Positions 9,871 through 17,937 of a stretch of DNA of 64,000 nucleotides are shown piece by piece. The number at the start of each line of letters is the position of its first letter. Position 1 is the stretch's first letter. This DNA comes from Candidatus Aphodosoma sp. (GTDB taxonomy: Bacteria > Bacteroidota > Bacteroidia > Bacteroidales > Paludibacteraceae), in NCBI GenBank assembly GCA_045631465.1, contig JAZQUV010000046.1:2675-66674 (forward strand), read 5' to 3'. The position numbers were made by a program, and so were the translations under genes. The notes below the pieces were generated by a model, which did no database searches, was not told the DNA's origin, and saw nothing but the letters and a program-made list of their open reading frames with translations.

Positions 9871-12702
9871 ATGTCAAAACAAAAAAATAATGAATTAATA
9901 AACTCCCTCGCATGGGGTACCGATGCTGGATTCTATCGCCTACTACCCCAAACCGTAGTGCACCCCGACTCTGAATCCGACATCATTCGTCTCATCCAAC
10001 AAGCCAACAACGAGCATCGCCACATCACTTGGCGCGCTGCTGGCACGAGTCTTTCTGGCCAAGCCATCAGCGACGATATCCTTGCCGTAGTAGGCAAAAA
10101 ATGGGAGAAATACACCATACTCGACAACGGCAAACGCATTGTGCTTCAACCTGGTATCATCGGCCAACGCGTCAACGAACTCCTTGCCCCTTTCGGTCGC
10201 AAGTTCGGTCCCGACCCTGCCTCTATCAAGAGTGCTATGGTGGGTGGCATCATCTCCAACAATGCTTCGGGTATGTCGTGTGGCATCCATGCCAATAGCG
10301 ACAAAATGTTGCAATCGGTGCGCATAATTCTCTCCGATGGCACTATTCTCGACACTGGCGATGCTCAAAGCCGCGATGCTTTCTGCCAATCTCATCCCGA
10401 ATTCATTGCGCGCATCGAGGCTCTTCGCGACCAAACTCGTGCCAATCAAGCTCTTACCGACCGTATTCGCTCTAAATATAGCATCAAGAATGTGACGGGT
10501 CTCAACATACTTCCGTTCATCGAACACAACGACCCATTCGACATCATTGCCCACCTTATGGTTGGCTCCGAAGGCACTCTCGCCTTCCTCTCCGAAGCCA
10601 CTATGACCACTCTGCCTATCCTACCATATTCGGCTAGTGCGCTCATCTATTTCACTGATACTCAAAATGCTTGTGGTGCTGTCATCAGTCTCAAACAAAA
10701 CCCAGTTTCTGCCGTCGAACTCTTCGACTATAAGGCGCTTTGCTCTGTCAAAGATAGCGTAGAAGATTTCGAGCAACTCCCTGCCACCACAATGGCGCTT
10801 CTCATCAAGGTGGAAGCTGAAACCGAGAGCGAACTCAACTCGCAAATCGACACAGTCAACCAAACTGTTGCTCGTTTCCAAACTCTTCGTCCTCACGCCT
10901 TTACGTCCGACCCTGCCACTGTTACTCAATATTGGGCTATCCGTTCTGGTATCTTCCCTTCGGTGGGTAGCATGCGTCCCGTTGGCACTACTTGTCTCAT
11001 CGAAGATGTGGCTTTCCCTATCCACCATCTTGTCGAGGCTACCGAAGAACTACAACAACTCCTTGAGCATCACCACTACGACGATGCCGTCATCTATGGT
11101 CATGCCCTCGAAGGCAACTACCACTTCATCATCAACCAACGCTTCGACTCGCAAGCCGAAATCAATCGCTACGAGGCTCTTATGGACGACGTAGCCACTA
11201 TGGTGGTCGACCACTACGATGGTTCGCTCAAAGCCGAGCACGGCACTGGGCGCAATATGGCTCCTTATGTCGAACGCGAATGGGGCACCGATGCCTACAA
11301 TCTAATGAAAGAGGTGAAACAACTTTTCGACCCTCGCAATATATTCAATCCTGGCGTTATTTTCAACGACGACCCTAAGTGCCACATATCCAATCTCAAA
11401 CCACTCCCTCAATGCCATCCACTCATCGACCGATGCATCGAATGTGGCTTCTGCGAGGTCAACTGCGTCACTTGTGGGTTCTCGCTATCGTCTCGCCAAC
11501 GCATTGTGGTTCAGCGCGAAATTGCTCGTCTACAACAATCTCACGAAGACGACAACCGTCTCAATCAACTCATCAAGGAGTTCCGATATTTAGGCAATGT
11601 CACTTGTGCTGGTGACGGACTCTGTTCTACTTCGTGCCCTATCAAAATCAACACAGGCGAACTCATCCACGTTGTCCGCGAACGCGAAATCGAACAAAGC
11701 CGTATGGCTCAGTCTATTGGCAAATTTGCCGCCAACCATCTCGGTGCTATCGAGTCTACTCTCGGCGTCGGACTGCGTCTTGTCTCTGCAGCGCACTGGC
11801 TATTAGGCGACAAACTTATGTCATCCATTGCCCGTGGCCTCCACTATGGCACAAGCCAACTCATCCCACTCTGGACACTAGCCATGCCTCGCGCCACTCG
11901 CCGCCCAAAATTAAAGTCCACAACAAAGTCAAATATGGTCCACGAAGGAGAAAAGGATACACAAAATTCCTCACTCCTCATTCCTCATTCCTCATTAAAA
12001 GTTGTCTACTTCCCTTCGTGCATCAATCAAACTATGGGCACTGCTAAGCACGACCCCGACCAAACTCCGTTGATGCAAAAAACTGTGCAACTACTCGAAA
12101 AGGCTGGTTTCGAAGTCATCTTCCCTGAGAATATGAAGAATCTCTGCTGTGGCACAATATGGGAAAGTAAAGGTATGCCCGAACTTGCCGACCAAAAGTC
12201 AGCCGAACTCGAACGTGCACTACTCAAAGCCTCCGACAATGGCAAATACCCTGTGCTTTGCGACCAATCGCCTTGCCTCTACCGTATGCGCCACACTATC
12301 AAGGGTGTAGATATGTACGAACCAGTCGAATTCATACTCAAATTCGTTGCCGACCGACTCCACTTCACGCCTATCAACGACACTATCACCGTGCACACCA
12401 CCTGCTCTACCACCAAGATGGGCTTGAAATCCGACCTCATCCGCCTTGCCGAAATGTGCTCTACATCGGTCGTAGTGCCACAAGAGGTAGGTTGCTGTGG
12501 CTTTGCAGGCGACAAAGGCTTCACCCATCCCGAAGTTAACGCATGGGCACTCCGCAAACTGCGTCCACAAATCGAAAAGCACGGAATCACAGCAGGTTAC
12601 TCCAACTCTCGCACGTGCGAAATTGGTCTAACAACCAACAGTGGCGTCCCATTCCAAAATATTATTTATCTAGTTGACAAAGTAACAACAAAAAAACAAT
12701 AA
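9871..12702 (+). CDS. FAD-linked oxidase fused to Fe-S and CCG domains (Dld-II / YdiJ-like putative D-lactate or 2-hydroxyacid dehydrogenase)
   Basis: 943-aa ORF with an N-terminal FAD-binding PCMH-type region. CIECGFCEVNC and CAGDGLCSTSCP ferredoxin-like motifs, and two CCG motifs (NLCCGT, GCCGFAGDKG). Confidence 0.85.
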   Translation: MSKQKNNELINSLAWGTDAGFYRLLPQTVVHPDSESDIIRLIQQANNEHRHITWRAAGTSLSGQAISDDILAVVGKKWEKYTILDNGKRIVLQPGIIGQRVNELLAPFGRKFGPDPASIKSAMVGGIISNNASGMSCGIHANSDKMLQSVRIILSDGTILDTGDAQSRDAFCQSHPEFIARIEALRDQTRANQALTDRIRSKYSIKNVTGLNILPFIEHNDPFDIIAHLMVGSEGTLAFLSEATMTTLPILPYSASALIYFTDTQNACGAVISLKQNPVSAVELFDYKALCSVKDSVEDFEQLPATTMALLIKVEAETESELNSQIDTVNQTVARFQTLRPHAFTSDPATVTQYWAIRSGIFPSVGSMRPVGTTCLIEDVAFPIHHLVEATEELQQLLEHHHYDDAVIYGHALEGNYHFIINQRFDSQAEINRYEALMDDVATMVVDHYDGSLKAEHGTGRNMAPYVEREWGTDAYNLMKEVKQLFDPRNIFNPGVIFNDDPKCHISNLKPLPQCHPLIDRCIECGFCEVNCVTCGFSLSSRQRIVVQREIARLQQSHEDDNRLNQLIKEFRYLGNVTCAGDGLCSTSCPIKINTGELIHVVREREIEQSRMAQSIGKFAANHLGAIESTLGVGLRLVSAAHWLLGDKLMSSIARGLHYGTSQLIPLWTLAMPRATRRPKLKSTTKSNMVHEGEKDTQNSSLLIPHSSLKVVYFPSCINQTMGTAKHDPDQTPLMQKTVQLLEKAGFEVIFPENMKNLCCGTIWESKGMPELADQKSAELERALLKASDNGKYPVLCDQSPCLYRMRHTIKGVDMYEPVEFILKFVADRLHFTPINDTITVHTTCSTTKMGLKSDLIRLAEMCSTSVVVPQEVGCCGFAGDKGFTHPEVNAWALRKLRPQIEKHGITAGYSNSRTCEIGLTTNSGVPFQNIIYLVDKVTTKKQ
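11966..11996 (-). repeat. heptamer repeat (GAGGAAT-type, reverse orientation) embedded in frame in a coding region
   Basis: ATTCCTC ACTCCTC ATTCCTC ATTCCTC ATT. Translated in frame as NSSLLIPHSSL in the interdomain linker. Confidence 0.8.
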
Positions 12703-12706
12703 CAAC

Positions 12707-13417
12707 ATGAAAAAAGCAGACATTATTTTCATCATCTGTGCCGTAGCATTCTTGGCACCTTTCTTTATTTTCGACTCTGTCTATCAAGCATTCCTTTGGG
12801 CTACAGCTAACTACCCATTCGTGATGAGTTTCCTCAAATTCGGCATACTCTCAACTGCCGGCGAATGCATCGGTCTCCGCATCAAAACTGGTTCTTACAA
12901 TGCTCCTGGTTTCGGTGTGCTCCCTCGTGGCATCACTTGGGGTTTCCTCGGTATGCTCATATCGGCTGCTATGACTATCTTCTCAACTGGTGTGCCTAAC
13001 GTACTCAACACTATCGGCATTGCTCCTGCCGACGTAACATACGGTGAACTCATCCGCCAAAGTATCCTCGCTTCTCAATCGTGGTATCACCTACTCGCTG
13101 CATTCATGATCTCTACTTTCATGAACTGCATCTTCGCCCCTGTATTCATGGTGCTCCACAAAGTGAGCGACACTCACATTATGAACAACGGTGGCACTCT
13201 CCGTGGCTATTTCTCTAAACTCCACTTCCAACAAATATTCGTGAATCTCGATTGGGCAACTATCTGGGGCTTCCTCTTCAAAAAAACAATCCCACTCTTC
13301 TGGATTCCTGCCCACACTATCACATTCATGCTCCCACCAGAATATCGCATTCTCTTCGCTGCTCTACTTGGTGTGATGCTCGGAGTATTCATGTCACTTG
13401 CAACTCGCAAAAAATAA
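12707..13417 (+). CDS. hypothetical integral membrane protein
   Basis: 236-aa hydrophobic ORF starting 4 nt after the stop of the upstream dehydrogenase gene. Same G-poor codon style as its neighbours. Confidence 0.6.
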   Translation: MKKADIIFIICAVAFLAPFFIFDSVYQAFLWATANYPFVMSFLKFGILSTAGECIGLRIKTGSYNAPGFGVLPRGITWGFLGMLISAAMTIFSTGVPNVLNTIGIAPADVTYGELIRQSILASQSWYHLLAAFMISTFMNCIFAPVFMVLHKVSDTHIMNNGGTLRGYFSKLHFQQIFVNLDWATIWGFLFKKTIPLFWIPAHTITFMLPPEYRILFAALLGVMLGVFMSLATRKK

Positions 13418-13424
13418 AAAATTT

Positions 13425-13561
13425 CAAGACAGGAAGACAAGAATACACGAAATAAAAAAGACATAAGAAGATAATAACAAAATTTATTATACCATATTTT
13501 TATGTTCTTCTGTTATTCTGTCTTCTAAAAAAAATCATGTTCTCATGTCTTCATGTCTAAA
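13425..13561. repeat. AAGACAT-word repeat region (long imperfect hairpin) upstream of fetA
   Basis: AAGACAGGAAGACAAGAATAC...AAGACATAAGAAGATAATAAC faces TTATGTTCTTCTGTTATTCTGTCTTC, then CATGTTCTCATGTCTTCATGTCTAAA. Confidence 0.7.
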
Positions 13562-14191
13562 TCCAATCAATATATGATTCGTTTCAATAACACATATTTC
13601 AGTTACGACAGAAAGCCACTAATCAGTGGCTTTTCTGTCAATATTGCCCGTGGCGAAAAGGTGGTCATCTACGGTCCATCAGGCTCTGGCAAGTCAACCC
13701 TCGTGCACTCAATTCTCGGATTCGTACAACCCGAACAAGGCGAAATCACCATCAACAACCTACGCCTATCGCACGACACTATAAATGAAATCCGCCAACT
13801 AACCTCTTGGCTACCACAGGATATCTCTTTGCCTTATAACACTATTCGCGAAATGATACTCGCCCCATTCGAATTCAAAGCCAACCATTCGCACAAACCA
13901 TCCGACCAAGAGATACTTGCCGAATTCGACAAACTCGCTCTCGAACACTCTCTGCTCGAAAAAGCCATTACCGAAATATCAGGCGGACAAAAACAACGCA
14001 TACTGCTCATAACTACCGCACTACTTCGCCGCCCAATCCTATTGCTCGACGAACCTACATCTGCGCTTGATGCACAATCGGTCGACCTCGTGATTGACTA
14101 CCTCCGCTCCCTCACCGACACCACAATCATAGCCATCTCGCACGACCAAAAACTCATCAACTCCCTCGACACCAAAATCAAAATCGGATAA
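13553..14191 (+). CDS. fetA: ABC transporter ATP-binding protein, FetA/YbbL-like
   Basis: Walker A GPSGSGKST, signature SGGQKQR, Walker B LLLDEPTSALD. Paired with a FetB-like permease. The ATG at 13553 lies inside a repeat word, so the alternative start at 13574 (MIRFNN) is possible. Confidence 0.8.
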   Translation: MSKSNQYMIRFNNTYFSYDRKPLISGFSVNIARGEKVVIYGPSGSGKSTLVHSILGFVQPEQGEITINNLRLSHDTINEIRQLTSWLPQDISLPYNTIREMILAPFEFKANHSHKPSDQEILAEFDKLALEHSLLEKAITEISGGQKQRILLITTALLRRPILLLDEPTSALDAQSVDLVIDYLRSLTDTTIIAISHDQKLINSLDTKIKIG

Positions 14192-14204
14192 ATTTTTAGA
14201 TAAA

Positions 14205-14260
14205 AAAAGACAGAAGAACATAAAAACATAAAATCTTGTACTCTTGTCTTCATGTCTAAA
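14205..14260. repeat. AAGACAT-word repeat between fetA and fetB
   Basis: AAGACAGAAGAACATAAAAACATAAAATCTTGTACTCTTGTCTTCATGTCTAAA. Its last 19 nt are nearly identical to 13543-13561. Confidence 0.7.
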
Positions 14261-14275
14261 GAAACAAATTAAACT

Positions 14276-15040
14276 ATGGATATTTCATTCACCTCACTAC
14301 TTTGGGGATTTTTACTTATCATAATCCCTACATATTTCCTTCACCACTACCGCACTGGTTTGGTGAAAGACACCATCATTGCTGCCCTACGCATGACAGC
14401 GCAACTCTTCCTCATCGGCTTCTACCTCAAATATATGTTCGACCTCAACCTTTGGTGGCTCAATGTGTTGTGGGTAGTCATCATGGCTGGCGTGGCATCG
14501 CAAACCATCATCAAGCGCACCAACCTCTCGCTCAAGCAGATGTTCGTGCCTATCACTGTGGCACTACTCTGCTCCGTAGCAATCATCGACCTCTATTTCA
14601 TGGGACTCATCGTGCGCCAAGACAACCTATTCGAAACTCGCTATTTCATCCCTATCAGTGGTATGATACTCGGCAATATGCTCTCTGCTAATGTCATTGC
14701 TATGAACACCTACTATGGTGCACTCCGTCGCGAACGCACCCACTATCTCTTCCGCCTCGCTAATGGTGCCACAGCCCACGAAGCTCGCTCGCCATTTATG
14801 CGCGATGCCCTCATCAAGAGCTTCAACCCCACAATCGCCTCAATGGCAGTGATGGGCCTCATTGCCCTACCAGGCACAATGACCGGACAAATCCTCGGAG
14901 GCTCCGACCCCGATGTGGCTATCAAATACCAAATCATGCTCATGATTTCAATCTTCGCCTCATCCCTTATCTCAGTCCTCCTCACCCTCGCCCTCACCCG
15001 ACACAAGATATTCGACAAATACGAAATGCCACAAATATAA
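14276..15040 (+). CDS. fetB: iron-export ABC permease FetB/YbbM (UPF0014)
   Basis: 254-aa polytopic ORF. IPISGMILGNM, NGAT and ALPGTMTGQILGGSDPDVAIKYQIM resemble E. coli FetB as I recall it. Confidence 0.85.
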   Translation: MDISFTSLLWGFLLIIIPTYFLHHYRTGLVKDTIIAALRMTAQLFLIGFYLKYMFDLNLWWLNVLWVVIMAGVASQTIIKRTNLSLKQMFVPITVALLCSVAIIDLYFMGLIVRQDNLFETRYFIPISGMILGNMLSANVIAMNTYYGALRRERTHYLFRLANGATAHEARSPFMRDALIKSFNPTIASMAVMGLIALPGTMTGQILGGSDPDVAIKYQIMLMISIFASSLISVLLTLALTRHKIFDKYEMPQI

Positions 15041-15052
15041 AAACAAAAAGAA

Positions 15053-15105
15053 AAGACATAAGAACATAATTACATAATTTTTTGTTATTATGTTCTTATC
15101 GTCTT
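15053..15105. repeat. AAGACAT-word hairpin downstream of fetB
   Basis: AAGACATAAGAACATAAT pairs with ATTATGTTCTTATCGTCTT (18 bp with one bulge). Confidence 0.7.
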
Positions 15106-15139
15106 TAAAAAAGTATTATTATCATCTTCTAAACAAAAA

Positions 15140-15175
15140 AGAGACACAATTACTTGTGTCTCTTTCTATTTTATA
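15140..15175. terminator. bidirectional intrinsic terminator between fetB and glyQS
   Basis: AGAGACACAA-TTAC-TTGTGTCTCT, flanked by an A-run upstream and TTCTATTTT downstream. Confidence 0.6.
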
Positions 15176-15269
15176 TTTTTTCTTTTAACGTAAATATCCG
15201 TTAATTATTCATTAATTTTTAACAATCAATAATTTATGATTTATTTACGATAATTTACGTTGAAAACTA

Positions 15270-16817
15270 TTATTCAACAATTTTCTTGAACAAGTTTTTC
15301 ATATTCACTTCGGCACCGATGATAGCGTGCAAGTCGCTGATTGCTACACGTTGTTGTTCCATTGTGTCGCGGTGACGGATTGTTACGCAGTTGTCTTCCA
15401 AAGTTTGGTGGTCGACTGTGACACAGAATGGTGTACCAACTGCATCTTGACGACGATAGCGTTTACCGATTGAGTCTTTTTCGTCGTAAGCACATTTATA
15501 ATCGAATTTCAAGTCGTTCATAATTTCACGTGCTTTTTCAGGAAGACCATCTTTCTTAACCAATGGCATAACGCACACTTTCACTGGAGCCAACACTGCA
15601 GGCAATTTCAATACCACGCGGCTATCGCCACCTTCTAGTTGCTCTTCGTTGTAAGCAGCCGACATAATTGACAAGAACATACGGTCAACACCGATTGAAG
15701 TTTCGATTACGTATGGAGTGTAGCTTTCGTTGATTTCAGGGTCGAAATATTTGATGTTTTTACCTGAATATTTTTCGTGGCTCGACAAGTCGAAATCAGT
15801 ACGAGAGTGGATACCCTCTACCTCTTTGAAGCCGAATGGCATTTGGAATTCGATGTCAGTAGCAGCATTCGCATAGTGAGCCAATTTGTCGTGGTCGTGG
15901 AAACGATATTTTTCATCGCCAAGACCAAGAGCTTTGTGCCAACGGAGGCGGAATTGTTTCCAGTGCTCAAACCATTTCAACTCTTCGCCTGGACGAACAA
16001 AGAATTGCATCTCCATTTGTTCGAACTCACGCATACGGAAGATGAATTGACGAGCAACGATTTCGTTACGGAATGCTTTACCGATTTGGCAAATACCGAA
16101 AGGCACTTTCATACGACCTGTTTTTTGCACGTTGAGGTAGTTAACAAAAATACCTTGTGCAGTTTCAGGACGAAGATAGATTTTCATTGCACCATCAGCA
16201 GTAGAACCCATGTCAGTAGAGAACATAAGGTTGAATTGACGCACGTCAGTCCAGTTTTTAGTACCAGAGATAGGACAAACAATTTCGCAATCGACGATGA
16301 TTTGTTTCAACTCAACCAAGTCGTTAGCCTCCAATGCAGCTACGAAACGAGCGTGGATAGCATCGCGTTTAGCCACATTCTCCAACACGCGTGGGTTGGT
16401 TTGGCAGAACATTTCGCGGTCGAACGATTCGCCAAAGCGTTTAGCTGCTTTTTCACACTCTTTGTTGATTTTCTCATCGAACTTAGCCAAGTGGTCTTCG
16501 ATCAACACATCGGCACGATAACGTTTTTTAGAATCTTTATTGTCGATCAATGGGTCATTGAACGCATCAACGTGACCAGAAGCTTTCCATGTAGTTGGGT
16601 GCATGAAAATAGCAGCATCGATACCTACCACATTTTCGTGAAGGAGCACCATGCTATCCCACCAATATTTTTTGATGTTATTTTTGAGTTCAACACCATT
16701 TTGTCCGTAATCATACACGGCACCAAGTCCATCATAAATCTCACTTGATGGAAAAACGAATCCATACTCTTTGCAGTGAGCAACCAATTTTTTAAATACC
16801 TCTTCTTGTGAAGCCAT
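15270..16817 (-). CDS. glyQS: glycine--tRNA ligase (dimeric class II form)
   Basis: 515-aa ORF. FVFPSSEIYDGLGAVYDYGQNGVELKNNIKKYWW and the rest are typical GlyRS. Confidence 0.95.
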   Translation of the reverse strand: MASQEEVFKKLVAHCKEYGFVFPSSEIYDGLGAVYDYGQNGVELKNNIKKYWWDSMVLLHENVVGIDAAIFMHPTTWKASGHVDAFNDPLIDNKDSKKRYRADVLIEDHLAKFDEKINKECEKAAKRFGESFDREMFCQTNPRVLENVAKRDAIHARFVAALEANDLVELKQIIVDCEIVCPISGTKNWTDVRQFNLMFSTDMGSTADGAMKIYLRPETAQGIFVNYLNVQKTGRMKVPFGICQIGKAFRNEIVARQFIFRMREFEQMEMQFFVRPGEELKWFEHWKQFRLRWHKALGLGDEKYRFHDHDKLAHYANAATDIEFQMPFGFKEVEGIHSRTDFDLSSHEKYSGKNIKYFDPEINESYTPYVIETSIGVDRMFLSIMSAAYNEEQLEGGDSRVVLKLPAVLAPVKVCVMPLVKKDGLPEKAREIMNDLKFDYKCAYDEKDSIGKRYRRQDAVGTPFCVTVDHQTLEDNCVTIRHRDTMEQQRVAISDLHAIIGAEVNMKNLFKKIVE

Positions 16818-16965
16818 AAATCTAGTTGAAATTTGAGAGTTGAGAGTTGAAATTTAATATTTTCACCACCAACTTATTTTATACTTATTTTGTTAATTAT
16901 CTGATAATTACAACACAAACACAACAATAAATTTAGTGTTGTGTATTGCGCACTAAACAGAACTA

Positions 16966-16973
16966 CAAAGTTA
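16966..16973 (-). promoter_or_regulatory. candidate -7 box (TAACTTTG)
   Basis: TAnnTTTG on the - strand about 150 nt upstream of the glyQS start. Confidence 0.35.
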
Positions 16974-17072
16974 CAAAAATTATGTCGTATATGCAATAGT
17001 ACGCAAAAAATATTAATTACACAAATTTAAGCAATAGATAAGTTTGCGAACTATGGCAGTTTTCTTCGGCAT

Positions 17073-17130
17073 AGGTTGCTTGAAGGTTGCTTGAGGGTAA
17101 GGCAAAAAATAGACAATGAGAGTGTGGTTG
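17073..17130 (+). repeat. partial copy of the GGTTGCTTG spacer plus a degenerate half hairpin
   Basis: GGTTGCTTGAAGGTTGCTTGAGGG...AGACAATGAGAGTGTGGTT resembles parts of 2704-2823 and 42240-42362. Confidence 0.55.
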
Positions 17131-17208
17131 TTAATAGTAAAAAATGGAGAATTGAATCAATAAAAAAATGGCCGAATCGTTGTTTATTTTTGACTCAGCC
17201 ATTTTGAT

Positions 17209-17937
17209 TTATAATTTCAACCAAGAGACTTTGCGGTCCCATTTGGGTTTTGCGAGTTCGATTGCGGCATAATCGTTGAAATAACTATGCAATAATGCTT
17301 TGAATCGTGGTCCGTGGTTCATCTCGCGAGTGTGGCAGAGTTCGTGCACAATCACATAATCGATTAAACGCTCGGGCAAAAGCAAAAGATAATAACTCAA
17401 TTTTATATCTTTTGAAGTAGAACAACACCCCCAACGCGATTTTGCAGTATCAATTTTCAGTGTTCTATAAGGTAACTGACATTGTGCCGACCAATACTCC
17501 ATTTTTTCGGGTAAAACTCGCTCGGCTTCTTGACGTAGAAATTTCAATAATATACGTTTGAGTGACTTCTGCGCTATATCATCATTGATATCAACACTTT
17601 GTGGCATAGAAATTTGCAATACGCTATCCGCCAATTGAGCAGAATAGATGCGTAAACGAGGATTAGTTTGGTAGCCTATCTTTACTGAAAAAGTTAAAGT
17701 ATTAATTGTTTCGTCAAGTTTAAATCTACCATCTCCACTACGGGCAACTACCTTACCGCGCAATTGCAATATTTTTTCAATAGTATCTTGTGAAAGTGGA
17801 AATACCCTATCTTCAAATCCTAGTGGCACAGTGATAATAACAAGATTTTGCGTAACCTTAATTATTTGGCGACGTACATTGGAACGTGTACGCAATTGCA
17901 CCAAACCCAAGTCGGGATGATTGATAGAGACTGCCAT
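17209..17937 (-). CDS. YgjP-like (DUF45) zinc metallohydrolase
   Basis: 242-aa ORF with HELCHTREMNHGPRF (HExxH). The start overlaps the upstream stop by 1 nt (TAATG). Confidence 0.8.
   Translation of the reverse strand: MAVSINHPDLGLVQLRTRSNVRRQIIKVTQNLVIITVPLGFEDRVFPLSQDTIEKILQLRGKVVARSGDGRFKLDETINTLTFSVKIGYQTNPRLRIYSAQLADSVLQISMPQSVDINDDIAQKSLKRILLKFLRQEAERVLPEKMEYWSAQCQLPYRTLKIDTAKSRWGCCSTSKDIKLSYYLLLLPERLIDYVIVHELCHTREMNHGPRFKALLHSYFNDYAAIELAKPKWDRKVSWLKL

Noticed and set aside
15777-16748. 323-aa + strand ORF antisense to glyQS. Similar long antisense ORFs at 38721-39638, 60417-61391, 59259-59858, 18318-19103, 51831-52505, 22904-23548 and 35038-35856
   Set aside because: These are shadow ORFs inside confidently identified genes. 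Their translations are low-complexity or odd in composition and have no recognisable motifs.
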